Origin: Bdellovibrionota bacterium
Lineage (GTDB): Bacteria > Bdellovibrionota_C > UBA2361 > JBGSMV01
NCBI GenBank assembly: GCA_044356455.1
Contig: JBIKWF010000021.1
Span: 1-49,683, forward strand
Reading direction: 5' to 3'
DNA length: 49,683 nucleotides
The notes beneath the pieces were generated by a model, which saw only the letters and a list, made by a program, of their open reading frames with translations, had not been told where the DNA came from and did not search any database. The position numbers and the translations under genes were made by a program. The first letter of the stretch is position 1. Every line of letters starts with the position of its first letter. Positions 28,743 to 38,400 of this stretch are shown here, piece after piece.

Positions 28743-31064
28743 TTAATTCCCAAACACCTGCCGCCACACCTCTCGCGCGAAAGGCGTCGTGCTTGAGCCC
28801 TGGTCACGAGCATCACCGTCAATGAGCGGCAGCCGGCCTATTCCGTCACTTGCATCACGGTCCTGTATGCACCCGCCCGAGCCATTGGGACCATAGGCAA
28901 CGCCGTAAGGTTCTTCTCCCGTTTGGTTTACGTCGCACACATGGACTTTTGCCCCAGTGACACCACAAGGTTCGCTAGGATCTCCGGTGGGGCCTACGTC
29001 CGCCATGCAACGTTGTCCTGCGTACGGCCCGTCCTTACATGCGCCCATACCACAAATTGCCGCGCGACCTTCACCGCATGCGGTGTTGTAGAAAAAATAC
29101 CGATCGCCCTCCACTCCCATGCGCTGCTGCGCAGAAGTGCAGCGAGCACCGGCCTGCGCTCCTCCAACACAGCGACCAACTGCGGGCGCGCAGGTGTCAG
29201 GCTGCGTGATAGTTCCATGATCAACCCAGCGATGCACATAGGGCAGTAACGAAGGCACATTCGCAATAGTTGCAACTTCAGGAATGAGACTGAGAATTAT
29301 TGCTGGGGCCTTATAGGAGGTAGCATTGGCACTTCTCTGATAACCGCCTGCTCCTGCACTATAGCCACCATCTATTTGGCGATAGGGATCGGCAGTGGTC
29401 TTGTTAGACTGGTCATGAAGTGTGAGTCCACGCCAATAACTAATCTCTGAATTTTCATCACCAAAAAGCCACGTCGTGCCATCAGCTGAAAGCTGAAAAA
29501 AGTCACGTTCTTGGAAAGCTTCCACGGGGCTTTCTCGGATCACGCGCTTAAGGTCCTCATCATTGATCAGGTATGCACCCAAGGATGCCGCCGCCAGGCG
29601 ACCTGCATTGTGACCTCCATCGGCGGCAAAACGCCCCCCATGCTTGAGGTAATGAATGAGGTCCAAAGCGTATTGCGAGAGATACAATGCAAGCATGCTG
29701 CGCTTATCTTCCTCGTCTCCCGGAGCACGCACGAGTAGTCGAAGCAGTGCGTCATGATTTTGCATAGCAAGATTGCCGCCATATCCTTGCATATGCTCAA
29801 TGGGGCGAAGCTTCTCGCCAGTCCATCCTTGCTTGGTGTCGTAACGAAGCCGAGAAACGCTATCCAATGTTGCGCTTAAAGAAGGCATGGACTCGGTAGG
29901 CTCAAGGGATGGCAAGGCTCCGACGCGGGAAAGAATGCTGTCAATTTCATACAACGGACGGTCTGTCCTTGGGCCATAGTAAGGAGGACGAAGCACTGCG
30001 GCGCCTGCTTCAGGGGGGATTTCGCTGAGCACGGTTAAGACACTCATTCGAGATAGAGCTACGCGCGGGCCGCTCGATGACAGCTCGTAACTAATCCCTT
30101 TGAGCAACATGTCTCCCGCCGTAAGAGTGATCGGGAGCGCGGGCATCAACTGGGGCGTCCAGTTCTGTACGCGCTCATCAAAGGATTGATTCTTGGGGTC
30201 CTCGGCATTTAACTGGTGGCCATTTATGAGTCGCTGCACGACCGAGCCGTCACTCTTGGTGAAACTGCGAACTTCACTTGGAGGATCCATCGAGTCGACA
30301 ACGACGGGACCCTGTACCCATAAATCACCATTCGCGAATCTTCCTACCAGGGCAGGACTCGCAAAGTGAAACACCACTGAGTTCTGAGTTATCGATGAAA
30401 CGACCGCCGTCTGACCAGGCGCAAGTGGGGGCTGAACGTCGCCGGGATCGAGTGTGGGGCGCGCGGGAGGAGTTGAGGTAGGAGTCGGAGTAAGCGTCGG
30501 GGTCTCTGTCGATCGGGGTGTAGGCGTTGCGGAGGGAGTCTCAGTCGGGAAAGAGGGCGCCGAAGGTGTCGCCGTTGGAGTTATGGCTGGAGGCTCAGTA
30601 CTACTTGGGGGCGGCGGCAAGGTAGGTTCAGGAGTTCCACGCGCGTCGGGACATGCACCCGAACAGAGTACAATCGATACTGCCGCTGCACTCATCTTGC
30701 TTCGGGAATCTCTGACCTGAAGAGATACTCGGTATTCCCCGGAAACTGAATAAGAAACAGTCCGGCGCGCTTTCGCTGAACGAATCCGGCGACCATCGCC
30801 GAGAAAAAAAGTATAGCGAAGTTTTCTGCCCCGAGATGAAGAGGCGTCAAGAATTACTGGGCGCGAGCTATCACCCATTTCAGTGCACACTTTAAGGTTT
30901 GCAAAAGGACTTGGGCGGGAGGAGGAGGAGGCGGTAGCGGATTTGCAAATGAGCGTGGGCTCTTCGGCCAAGAGTGAGGTAGCGGCCCCAAGCATAGTGA
31001 AAGCCCCGAGGCTAAGGAGAATTGCTACTTGAGCCCTATACGGGATTCTACTATTCGTCTTCAC
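28743..31064 (-). CDS. Secreted modular protein: PKD-like domain, Pro/Thr linker, large uncharacterised domain with Cys-rich repeats
   Basis: Signal peptide; VILDASSS...YTFFLGDG...SYSVSGEYRVSLQVRD PKD pattern; TPT linker; CVGGAQAGARC/CKDGPYAGQRC repeats; GTG start with AAGGA RBS. Confidence 0.82.
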   Translation of the reverse strand: MKTNSRIPYRAQVAILLSLGAFTMLGAATSLLAEEPTLICKSATASSSSRPSPFANLKVCTEMGDSSRPVILDASSSRGRKLRYTFFLGDGRRIRSAKARRTVSYSVSGEYRVSLQVRDSRSKMSAAAVSIVLCSGACPDARGTPEPTLPPPPSSTEPPAITPTATPSAPSFPTETPSATPTPRSTETPTLTPTPTSTPPARPTLDPGDVQPPLAPGQTAVVSSITQNSVVFHFASPALVGRFANGDLWVQGPVVVDSMDPPSEVRSFTKSDGSVVQRLINGHQLNAEDPKNQSFDERVQNWTPQLMPALPITLTAGDMLLKGISYELSSSGPRVALSRMSVLTVLSEIPPEAGAAVLRPPYYGPRTDRPLYEIDSILSRVGALPSLEPTESMPSLSATLDSVSRLRYDTKQGWTGEKLRPIEHMQGYGGNLAMQNHDALLRLLVRAPGDEEDKRSMLALYLSQYALDLIHYLKHGGRFAADGGHNAGRLAAASLGAYLINDEDLKRVIRESPVEAFQERDFFQLSADGTTWLFGDENSEISYWRGLTLHDQSNKTTADPYRQIDGGYSAGAGGYQRSANATSYKAPAIILSLIPEVATIANVPSLLPYVHRWVDHGTITQPDTCAPAVGRCVGGAQAGARCTSAQQRMGVEGDRYFFYNTACGEGRAAICGMGACKDGPYAGQRCMADVGPTGDPSEPCGVTGAKVHVCDVNQTGEEPYGVAYGPNGSGGCIQDRDASDGIGRLPLIDGDARDQGSSTTPFAREVWRQVFGN

Positions 31065-31108
31065 GCCTTTCCTTTACTCGTAAGGCACGGACACCCAGAT
31101 CGATTGAG

Positions 31109-31124
31109 AGCAACCTTTGTGCCA
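31109..31124 (-). promoter_or_regulatory. Sigma-54 promoter
   Basis: Minus strand TGGC-ACAAAGG-TTGCT, near consensus and nearly identical to the promoter at 9260-9275. Confidence 0.75.
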
Positions 31125-31555
31125 GAGCGATTCAGGTGAGCGGGTCGCGGAGGAAACGGCCCTTAAGGTTCAAATGAATACTGTATTCGCTCCGGGATTC
31201 TCGACTTTAGAGAACTCCGCTTAGATTCAATTTGGAGCTGAGCAAAAGATGGCTCGGGCCTCTGGAAACAGGCTGCTCACTTGGCTTACGAATCGTGCGA
31301 GGTAACCACTTCTTTAGGGATATCGGTTTGAAGAAGAATGGAATCTTCGCTCTGAAGAAAGTCTGTAGTTACGGCGCTGCAATATACGACGACAAATACC
31401 TTCTCCTAGAAAGCGCTCTTAGCGCTTCTTTCTCGGGAATCAATAATTAGGACAAATGTGAGTCGCCGCCCCTCGCAATTACAATAATCGATGGTATCAG
31501 TTCCATGAGACGTAAGAGTGAACTCTTGAAAATGGAACAAGTAATAGGAGTACCT

Positions 31556-31924
31556 ATGATAAATCGAAAGAATATAATCGCGACTCTCACTGTCTTCATT
31601 TTCGCCTGCCTACTGGGAACGCCCTCCCAAGTTCTCGCAAACTCGGATCCTGTGCGGCAATGTGCGCTCGCCAAGAAGAAGGTGGCTCGAGTTTGCTCGC
31701 AGAATCCACGCAGTGACTCGAAAGAATCAGAAATATGCATAAAGGCCTCCCGGGCGAAAGCGAAGGCGTGCCGGGATAGCAGGCTTCATCCCATTGAGCC
31801 GTGTTTGCAGGCCATACTGTGCGGCGAGCGCAGAGGAGAATATCGCACATTCTCCAACAGCTGCGTGATGAAGCAGCTTGGATTCCGGCGCGTCGGCCAA
31901 GCTTTTTGTAACAGTCGCTTCTAA
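31556..31924 (+). CDS. Small secreted basic Cys-rich protein with Kazal-like C-terminal motif
   Basis: AGGAG RBS before ATG 31556; signal peptide; C....LCG......TFSNSC resembles the Kazal CG...TY.N.C pattern. Confidence 0.6.
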   Translation: MINRKNIIATLTVFIFACLLGTPSQVLANSDPVRQCALAKKKVARVCSQNPRSDSKESEICIKASRAKAKACRDSRLHPIEPCLQAILCGERRGEYRTFSNSCVMKQLGFRRVGQAFCNSRF

Positions 31925-32024
31925 TGGGAACCGGTGCTTGAGAAATTGAAAGAGCTATTGCACCGGCACCCCTTTCGAAATGCGAAGAACTGAACCGCCC
32001 TGATTCGAAGGTTGCTTGCAGCAG

Positions 32025-32100
32025 CGGGACACACTCCTAGCCTATAATCTCACGGAGTCCCTTCGGGTCCGTGAGATTACCGCTCAAAAATTGGCCATCT
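32025..32100. mobile_element. Family B end joined through CTAG to a family C start
   Basis: cgggacacactc-ctag (exact reverse complement of 18217-18232) followed by cctataatctcacggagtcccttcgggtccgtgagatta, homologous to ~11946-12005. Confidence 0.65.
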
Positions 32101-32304
32101 CATCTCCGAGCCTAAGGCGCTACACCGCAGGAGCAACACCTCTGCTCCGTCAAAGTCAGCTACCAGATTTACCTAACAAAAATTCCTATTATCCCTCTAT
32201 TCTCACGCTCCTTACCTAAAAGAACGTGGAGATTGAAGATGCTTTATGCAGGTGTTCTTAGTCCTTTACGATAAAGGAGTTGAGTACTTTCGCCAGGGAA
32301 TGGT

Positions 32305-33576
32305 GTGATTCGGATCGGTGCAAATATCTCTGCGTTACAGGCCCAGCGGCGCCTGGGAGACGCCACGTCTACAGTGGCGACATCGTATGAGCGGCTCTCG
32401 AGTGGCCAGCGAATTAACCGCGCCTCCGATGATGCCGCCGGGCTTGCGGTAGCGGACCGCTTACGATCGGATCGAAGGCTCTATGGCGTAGCGAGCAGGA
32501 ATATAAACGACGGCATATCAGCGCTCAATATCGTCGACGGAACGCTCGACATTCAATCTGGAATTCTTCAGCGCCTGCAAGAGCTCGCTGAGCAGTCGGC
32601 CAACGGATCCTTCTCAAGTACCCAGCGAGAGACGCTCGATGCCGAGTACCAGCAACTCGTCGCCGAGTTTGGCCGACTTGGAGACAGCGCGAGCTTCAAC
32701 GGGTTACGATTATTACGAGGGAATCGGTCGGACGGCGTAAGTCGAATCTCGATTCAAGCAGACATATCGGGAAGTGCTAATTCGATAATCTCGGTGTCCG
32801 CCGGGGATACCGCACGAATGAGCGGTACGATCGACCTCTCTCGGGTTCGAGATCAAGATATCAATGGGGACGGATTCGTCGACAACTTTGATACTGACGA
32901 CATTCAAGGCTCATTTACGCTGGAAGAACTGTCTTCAATGTTTGGCGGCCAGATAGCGATTGTCGACGCCTCAAATTCAGCCGGCTCCTCAAATTTAGTT
33001 GCGGTTGGGGTGCTCCGCGACCAGAATGGTTCAGGACGGTTTGAACTCATCGCTTTTGAGCGAAACTCGAATGGAGAGTACACGATCACTGCAGGATCTT
33101 ATACTACCTACGACAATCTTTGGAACGGTGTACCCGGAACCTATTCTTACGATGCCGCTGGGGTGTCATCTGTATCCTCGTTCTCGGCGACACTCTCAGA
33201 TGGCGGGAGCATACAGCTTGATCTCTCTGGCCTCAGATTTAGAACGGACCAAACGGCAAGCTCGATAGATTTTACGGGCGTCGGCACCGTCTCGCAGTCA
33301 CGCTTTGCTTTAGACACCATTGAGCAGCGCTTAAGCGAGCTCGGTGCACTGCGAGGCATCATCGGGGCTGCGCAAAGCAGGCTCGCTTCCGCTCTTTCAC
33401 TCTCCTCTATCGGAGCCGAGGCGCGTGCTACTGCTGAATCGCGAGTGCGCGATGTGGATGTCGCCTCCGAAACGGCTAAGCTCGCGCAATCAAAAATATT
33501 GCAACAAGCGGCAGTGGCAGTCCTTGCTCAAGCTAATAGCCAACCTAGAATCGCACTCCAGCTCCTTGGGCTTTAG
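32305..33576 (+). CDS. fliC: Flagellin (orphan)
   Basis: N-terminal ERLSSGQRINRASDDAAGLA and C-terminal ESRVRDVDVASETAKLAQSKILQQAAVAVLAQAN flagellin domains. Confidence 0.93.
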   Translation: MIRIGANISALQAQRRLGDATSTVATSYERLSSGQRINRASDDAAGLAVADRLRSDRRLYGVASRNINDGISALNIVDGTLDIQSGILQRLQELAEQSANGSFSSTQRETLDAEYQQLVAEFGRLGDSASFNGLRLLRGNRSDGVSRISIQADISGSANSIISVSAGDTARMSGTIDLSRVRDQDINGDGFVDNFDTDDIQGSFTLEELSSMFGGQIAIVDASNSAGSSNLVAVGVLRDQNGSGRFELIAFERNSNGEYTITAGSYTTYDNLWNGVPGTYSYDAAGVSSVSSFSATLSDGGSIQLDLSGLRFRTDQTASSIDFTGVGTVSQSRFALDTIEQRLSELGALRGIIGAAQSRLASALSLSSIGAEARATAESRVRDVDVASETAKLAQSKILQQAAVAVLAQANSQPRIALQLLGL

Positions 33577-33671
33577 CATACACACTGCCCCCCTCAGAAG
33601 CTGCACCGCGAAGCCATCAGGGCGCAAGAATGTTCGGCGTATTACGCTAACACTACTTAAGATTTTATTGG

Positions 33672-33863
33672 ACCACAAAGGACGCTAAGGACGCAAAGAA
33701 AGCTCAATCAAAACTAGCAATTTCAACGTATTCCTTTGTGTCCCTTGCGTCCCCGTCTTCGCCAAGCATGCTCAGCCAAAGCTCGAAGAGCGACGGCTAG
33801 GCTTCACCGGGGCCCCGCTGAAGTCAGGCCCGCCGCAGCCTTGGGCGTAGGCGGCTTTGTGGT
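33672..33863. repeat. Composite REP: 9-nt-period palindrome whose right arm is interrupted by a ~100-bp GC-rich hairpin module
   Basis: Left arm accacaaaggacgctaaggacgcaaag; right arm ctttgtgtcccttgcgtcc [33753-33854] ctttgtggt; insert contains ccgccgcagccttgggcgtaggcgg. Confidence 0.6.
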
Positions 33864-33894
33864 GAAAATATTCTGACGCCCTACGAAGCCATTG

Positions 33895-35415
33895 TCACTC
33901 GCCACGCGGCACGAACTGCTTTGAGGATTCAGGCGCTGCCTCATAAATGTTTGTAAGCAGCCCACGCGTGAAGGTAGTAATCCGTCCTGCAATCGAAGGA
34001 AGAGAGCCACTTTCACCATGCGGCCCAGCGCCATCATTTGAGCCAGTGTCGGTCGGCTCTTTAACCCTAAAAGCCTCAAGTGTTCCACGCGCCGACACCG
34101 GGTCGAGCCGCAGGAGAGGTACCAGGACCTGCAGTGTCTCTACATTTTGAGCGTCTGCGCTTGGTAGCAACTGAATTTCCGCTAGCTTCTTTTCGCAGTC
34201 AGCAAGAAACTGTAGTGGCTCAAATGCCCCCGGTCCTTCCGGAAATATCTCAAGCAGCTGTTCGGCTACCTGTAGCACCACTTCCTTAAGCCCTGCTTCG
34301 GGCAAGTCTTTCGTTGGGTCAATTGCGGTCAGTACCTGCGCATGTGCACGCATCTTCGCAAGAATTCGGTCGCGTTCTGGGGGTTTCATGCCTTTACAGG
34401 CGAGCTCATGAAGTTCGTCATATAACTTTTCACGTGTGTTGCGGTAAGTCACAATGATAGCCTGCAGCTCTCCTTCCTTTCCCAACATCGGCTCAGCATC
34501 GAGAAGATCGGCCTTGACGGCGCTCAGTACACGCACATACTTCAAAGTTTGTGGCTGAAGTTTATCCCGAGGGCCATTTGCCCCTCGATGATGAACGTCG
34601 TTTTTCCAGTTCTTTAGGTAGGTGCGCTCCGCGTTTGTTTGCTCCAGCATCTCCCGCGCGAGCGTGTGCAGTTCGTTTAGCGCCACGCCGTCACCCTTCG
34701 CAGGGTGCGGCACCAGCAGTCTTCCCGCAGGGGATAAGCACGCAGCTTTTCTGAACTCAGCAGCGGCACGAAGCGGGTCAACGATAGCCCCACCCGGCTT
34801 TGAAAGGCGAACGGCATCTGAAAGTCTTGCCTCTCTTAACGCAGGCAAATAATTAGAATCTGGTGGGCGAGGTAGGTCGCCAAGAAGTTTTGCAAGGTAG
34901 GCAAGTACGACTGCGCCCTCTGGCTGCCCGGATGCCTCCTCCCAAACAATATTCCGGTAAATGGAGTGTACTGAGAGTTCCTCTACCTTGCGCAGCTGAC
35001 AGATGTCTCTCAACAATTCTTGCAATCGTGAATCGAATTGGTCCGATTGCAGAAAATTGAAGCGCTGCAATTCAAGCCCATCGAGCGCTGAATCGATGTT
35101 TCTTAGAACTTGCGCAACTTGGTCTAATTGTTTTGCAATAACATCTGCGGGCTCGCGCAGGGCTCCTTGCGTGCGAGTGACTGGAAGAGCTGCTGCCCAG
35201 CGCGAAATGACTTCACGCTCTTCCTTTGAAAATCCTGAAAGCCATGCCAAGGATGGGTCTGCGGGGAGCGCTGGTATACAGCGGGGCGGCACATGCGGAG
35301 CCAACGTGGTAGTTGCGGATGCCTCAAGCTGGTCGGCTCGCGCAGGCGAGGTGGGAGCGGTAAGCAACGCCAGGCCGGCGGCAAAGGTTTGTACTCGTCT
35401 AGAAAAAGTAAGCAT
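33895..35415 (-). CDS. Secreted, predominantly helical hypothetical protein
   Basis: 506-aa ORF with signal peptide (ARA-D), 16 nt downstream of the hydrolase gene. Confidence 0.7.
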   Translation of the reverse strand: MLTFSRRVQTFAAGLALLTAPTSPARADQLEASATTTLAPHVPPRCIPALPADPSLAWLSGFSKEEREVISRWAAALPVTRTQGALREPADVIAKQLDQVAQVLRNIDSALDGLELQRFNFLQSDQFDSRLQELLRDICQLRKVEELSVHSIYRNIVWEEASGQPEGAVVLAYLAKLLGDLPRPPDSNYLPALREARLSDAVRLSKPGGAIVDPLRAAAEFRKAACLSPAGRLLVPHPAKGDGVALNELHTLAREMLEQTNAERTYLKNWKNDVHHRGANGPRDKLQPQTLKYVRVLSAVKADLLDAEPMLGKEGELQAIIVTYRNTREKLYDELHELACKGMKPPERDRILAKMRAHAQVLTAIDPTKDLPEAGLKEVVLQVAEQLLEIFPEGPGAFEPLQFLADCEKKLAEIQLLPSADAQNVETLQVLVPLLRLDPVSARGTLEAFRVKEPTDTGSNDGAGPHGESGSLPSIAGRITTFTRGLLTNIYEAAPESSKQFVPRGE

Positions 35416-35431
35416 CGCTACACCTAAGAAG

Positions 35432-38400
35432 CTAATCGCCCCGCATACTTTGGCTGCTGCTCAGAAATCCTGGCAGCTCAATTGTTTGTTGATACTCAGT
35501 CGGTGGCTTCGCCACAAAAGGGTCTCGCCCCTCAAGAGACGCCAGTAGCTCTAATACCACAGCTGACATTGGTATGTCTTCTAATGTGCGAAAAGCGATC
35601 TCCGAGCCCAGCGTAGCTAATTGATTGGTGTCAGGGGATCCCCCGCTCTGAGAGCGTACGGAAGTTTCATTTATTGATAAATTCGCCACCATGGCACGGA
35701 ATGAGCTGTGTGCGAGGTGATAGAGATTCACCCCAAGCGCATTATTTTGCAGATTACTTACGCCCTGAATCCAGTCTTCATCCCTGGGTGGCTCCATGCC
35801 AGTGGATCGGCGGAAAGGAAGTTCTATCGTAAAAGGCCATACCCCTCCCCCACCGTGGGGCATGTAAAGGGTAAAGGGGCGCTTGTGAATTCCAGCGTTG
35901 CGCTGGGAATAGGCAGGTACAACAAGATCATCTCGGTGACCATTGAGGAACCAATCGCCTGGAATCATATTTAGCGTGTAGCTCTCGCTTGAGGAGCCAG
36001 ACGACGGTCGACTTGGGGGGAGGACGTTCCAGGACCAGCCGCCTTGAAGTAAAGAAAAGTTTCCCAGTATAGACGTGTGGGTCTGGCGCGTTCCAAGCCA
36101 GTTCTCCATAGACGTGGGCAAGCCAATGGTGTCCCAAGCTAAACGACCTGCGACAACACCATTAATCTGACCCATATGGAATGCCAGCGGGTCGTTGATG
36201 GTAGGAATCCCCGTCAAATTTCCATTCTCATTAGCAACGTTCAATTCCGATCGGTTCAGCGCCACACCGACTATGGGAATCCAGGGCACCGCTTGTGCAC
36301 CATCTGGGTAGCGTGCCCGTTGCAGAGAGCGCAGAGCTACACTATCGGGAGCTAGGTCGACATTGCCTGTTTGATCGAGCGTCGACCAAATAAAGGAACC
36401 ATCGCCCCGTGCAGTGGGCAGCGCGAGCCCCTCGTCAGTGACATAAGTTGCCAGTCGTTGGTATGTCGAGCGGTCTTCTTGGCTCCACTGTCGTCGCCGT
36501 TCTTCATAGGCTTGCAATTCAGCTAACGCTGAGTCCAAGAGACTTGGATTAACGCGCTGAAACGGACTTGGCAAACTTGGGCGATACACGAACTCAGACA
36601 CCCACGCCAAGGGCGACCCCTGCCATGGCGTGCCAATGGTTACTACCCGGCGTATATCTCCCGCGCCTAAATTATCTGATCGCAGGTACCTCGGATAAGG
36701 GTTGCGCACGGGAAGCCACGCCAAATTCACTCCTGCCATTACATCTGCTCTAAAGGGGCTCGGACTGCGGGCAGGAATGAAAAAATCATACGCCGGCTGC
36801 TGGTAAACATGGACATAGTGGGTAAGAGACGCTGTCCGCGGCTGATAGGCAGCGTCAAGAGGATGGGGCCAGTTGCGATAGGCATCGCCATAATTGAGGA
36901 TGCCACCAGAAAATGAGGGAGATTCCTGGGAGCTATTCGTGCCCATCGCTCGGCTCAGTCTAAACTCACTGTCGTCGGCAAGGTCAGATAGATACGTGCG
37001 CACCAAGAGCCCTCCCATACTATGCACGACGACATCCGCCTGCTGCGCTGCGTAACGAATGCCGTTAAATGCGCGCAGTTCGCTGCTACAAGAAAATGTA
37101 CTGAAGAAGCCAGCTCCCGGAGCATAGGCGGGCTCCGGGCTGAAAGGTTGGTTCGGATTATCTGTTGGACTATCTATAGGAGGGTTCGGCGGCCCTGACA
37201 CTCGTGCGAGTGGAAAGACGTTGAAGTGATTACGTCCATTCTCACCGACGCATTGCTCCTCTAGAGCAACATTATCGAGAGCATTTCGATATTCGTTCAA
37301 AGCGATAGTTATTGTCGCAGGCACCACGCCAAAGTTTTCTGCGAGTCCCTTACTACGAGTGGGATAGTAGTCGGCGCGATAAATTCGAGTCGGGTACAGA
37401 ATTCTCTTCCCCTCCCAGCTTTGTATGGGAAAGTACTTATGTCCATTTCCAAGTATACCATGCACCAGCACTAGAGGAGGCCGGCGGAGATTGAAGGGGC
37501 GCTCCATGATAGGCCGTGGCTCACCTCCGCGTATCCCTTTACGCAATATCACGAGACGCATGGGTGCCGTTTCGATATTGGAAAGGTCACCGCCCCCTTG
37601 CACCATGTGGATGCGCCGAATTTGTTGGTTTTCATCTTGGAACCAGCGCGGATTCTCTTCCTGCGCTTCGAGGGGCGGATGCGCAGGCTCCTTATTGATA
37701 ATTTGATTCACAAAATTTCGCGGGGGCACGTAAACTGCCTTAAATTCATCCTCGGCAGAAAGCGCAATAGAACTCCGAAAGCCCCGCGCGGAAGCTGTTT
37801 CAGGGCTCATCGGTAGCGGCGGCAAAGTGAGGAACCCACCCGCATTCTCGGTAAGCTCACTAAAAGGAAAGAACCCGCCGTATACCCCTGGAAACGAGTC
37901 CTCAGGAGATCGGTCTGCTCTTATTGGTAACCACCCGCTCGTGAGCTCACGTAGTCCTACTTTGCCTCCCACGCTAAGATAGAGGTCAGTGATGCGCGCT
38001 TGGCCTTCCGCGGAGTTTCCTAGATCGGGTAGCTTGGGGTGAATCCGAACAAGTACCGCCGCCGCCCCGTCGGTTATCATACCTCCTACCGAGTAGTCAC
38101 GTAGCACGGTACGGGAGTCGAGCTCAGCAGCAGCAATCGTAACTGGGCCCGATTGGTAACCAGAGTCTCTCGTAGCGTCGATGCCGTCTGGTGCATTTTC
38201 AATTCCGGTAAGGGTTGGAGAAAAGGCACGCATGTCGATAAACTCAATGGCAACGGAAGTAACGTGCACTTCGTCGGTCAATGTATTCTGCCCGGGAGGC
38301 CCGCCCTCCGCTGGCAAAACAAGCTCCACTCCCACAACCGAATATCTGGCATTCTGGATGTCTCTTAAATCAGGCGTAACTGCTTCTAGAAAGAGCACGT

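Noticed and set aside
32240..32280. Sigma-28 promoter for flagellin
   Set aside because: Only a partial -10 (tacgataa) and no convincing -35.
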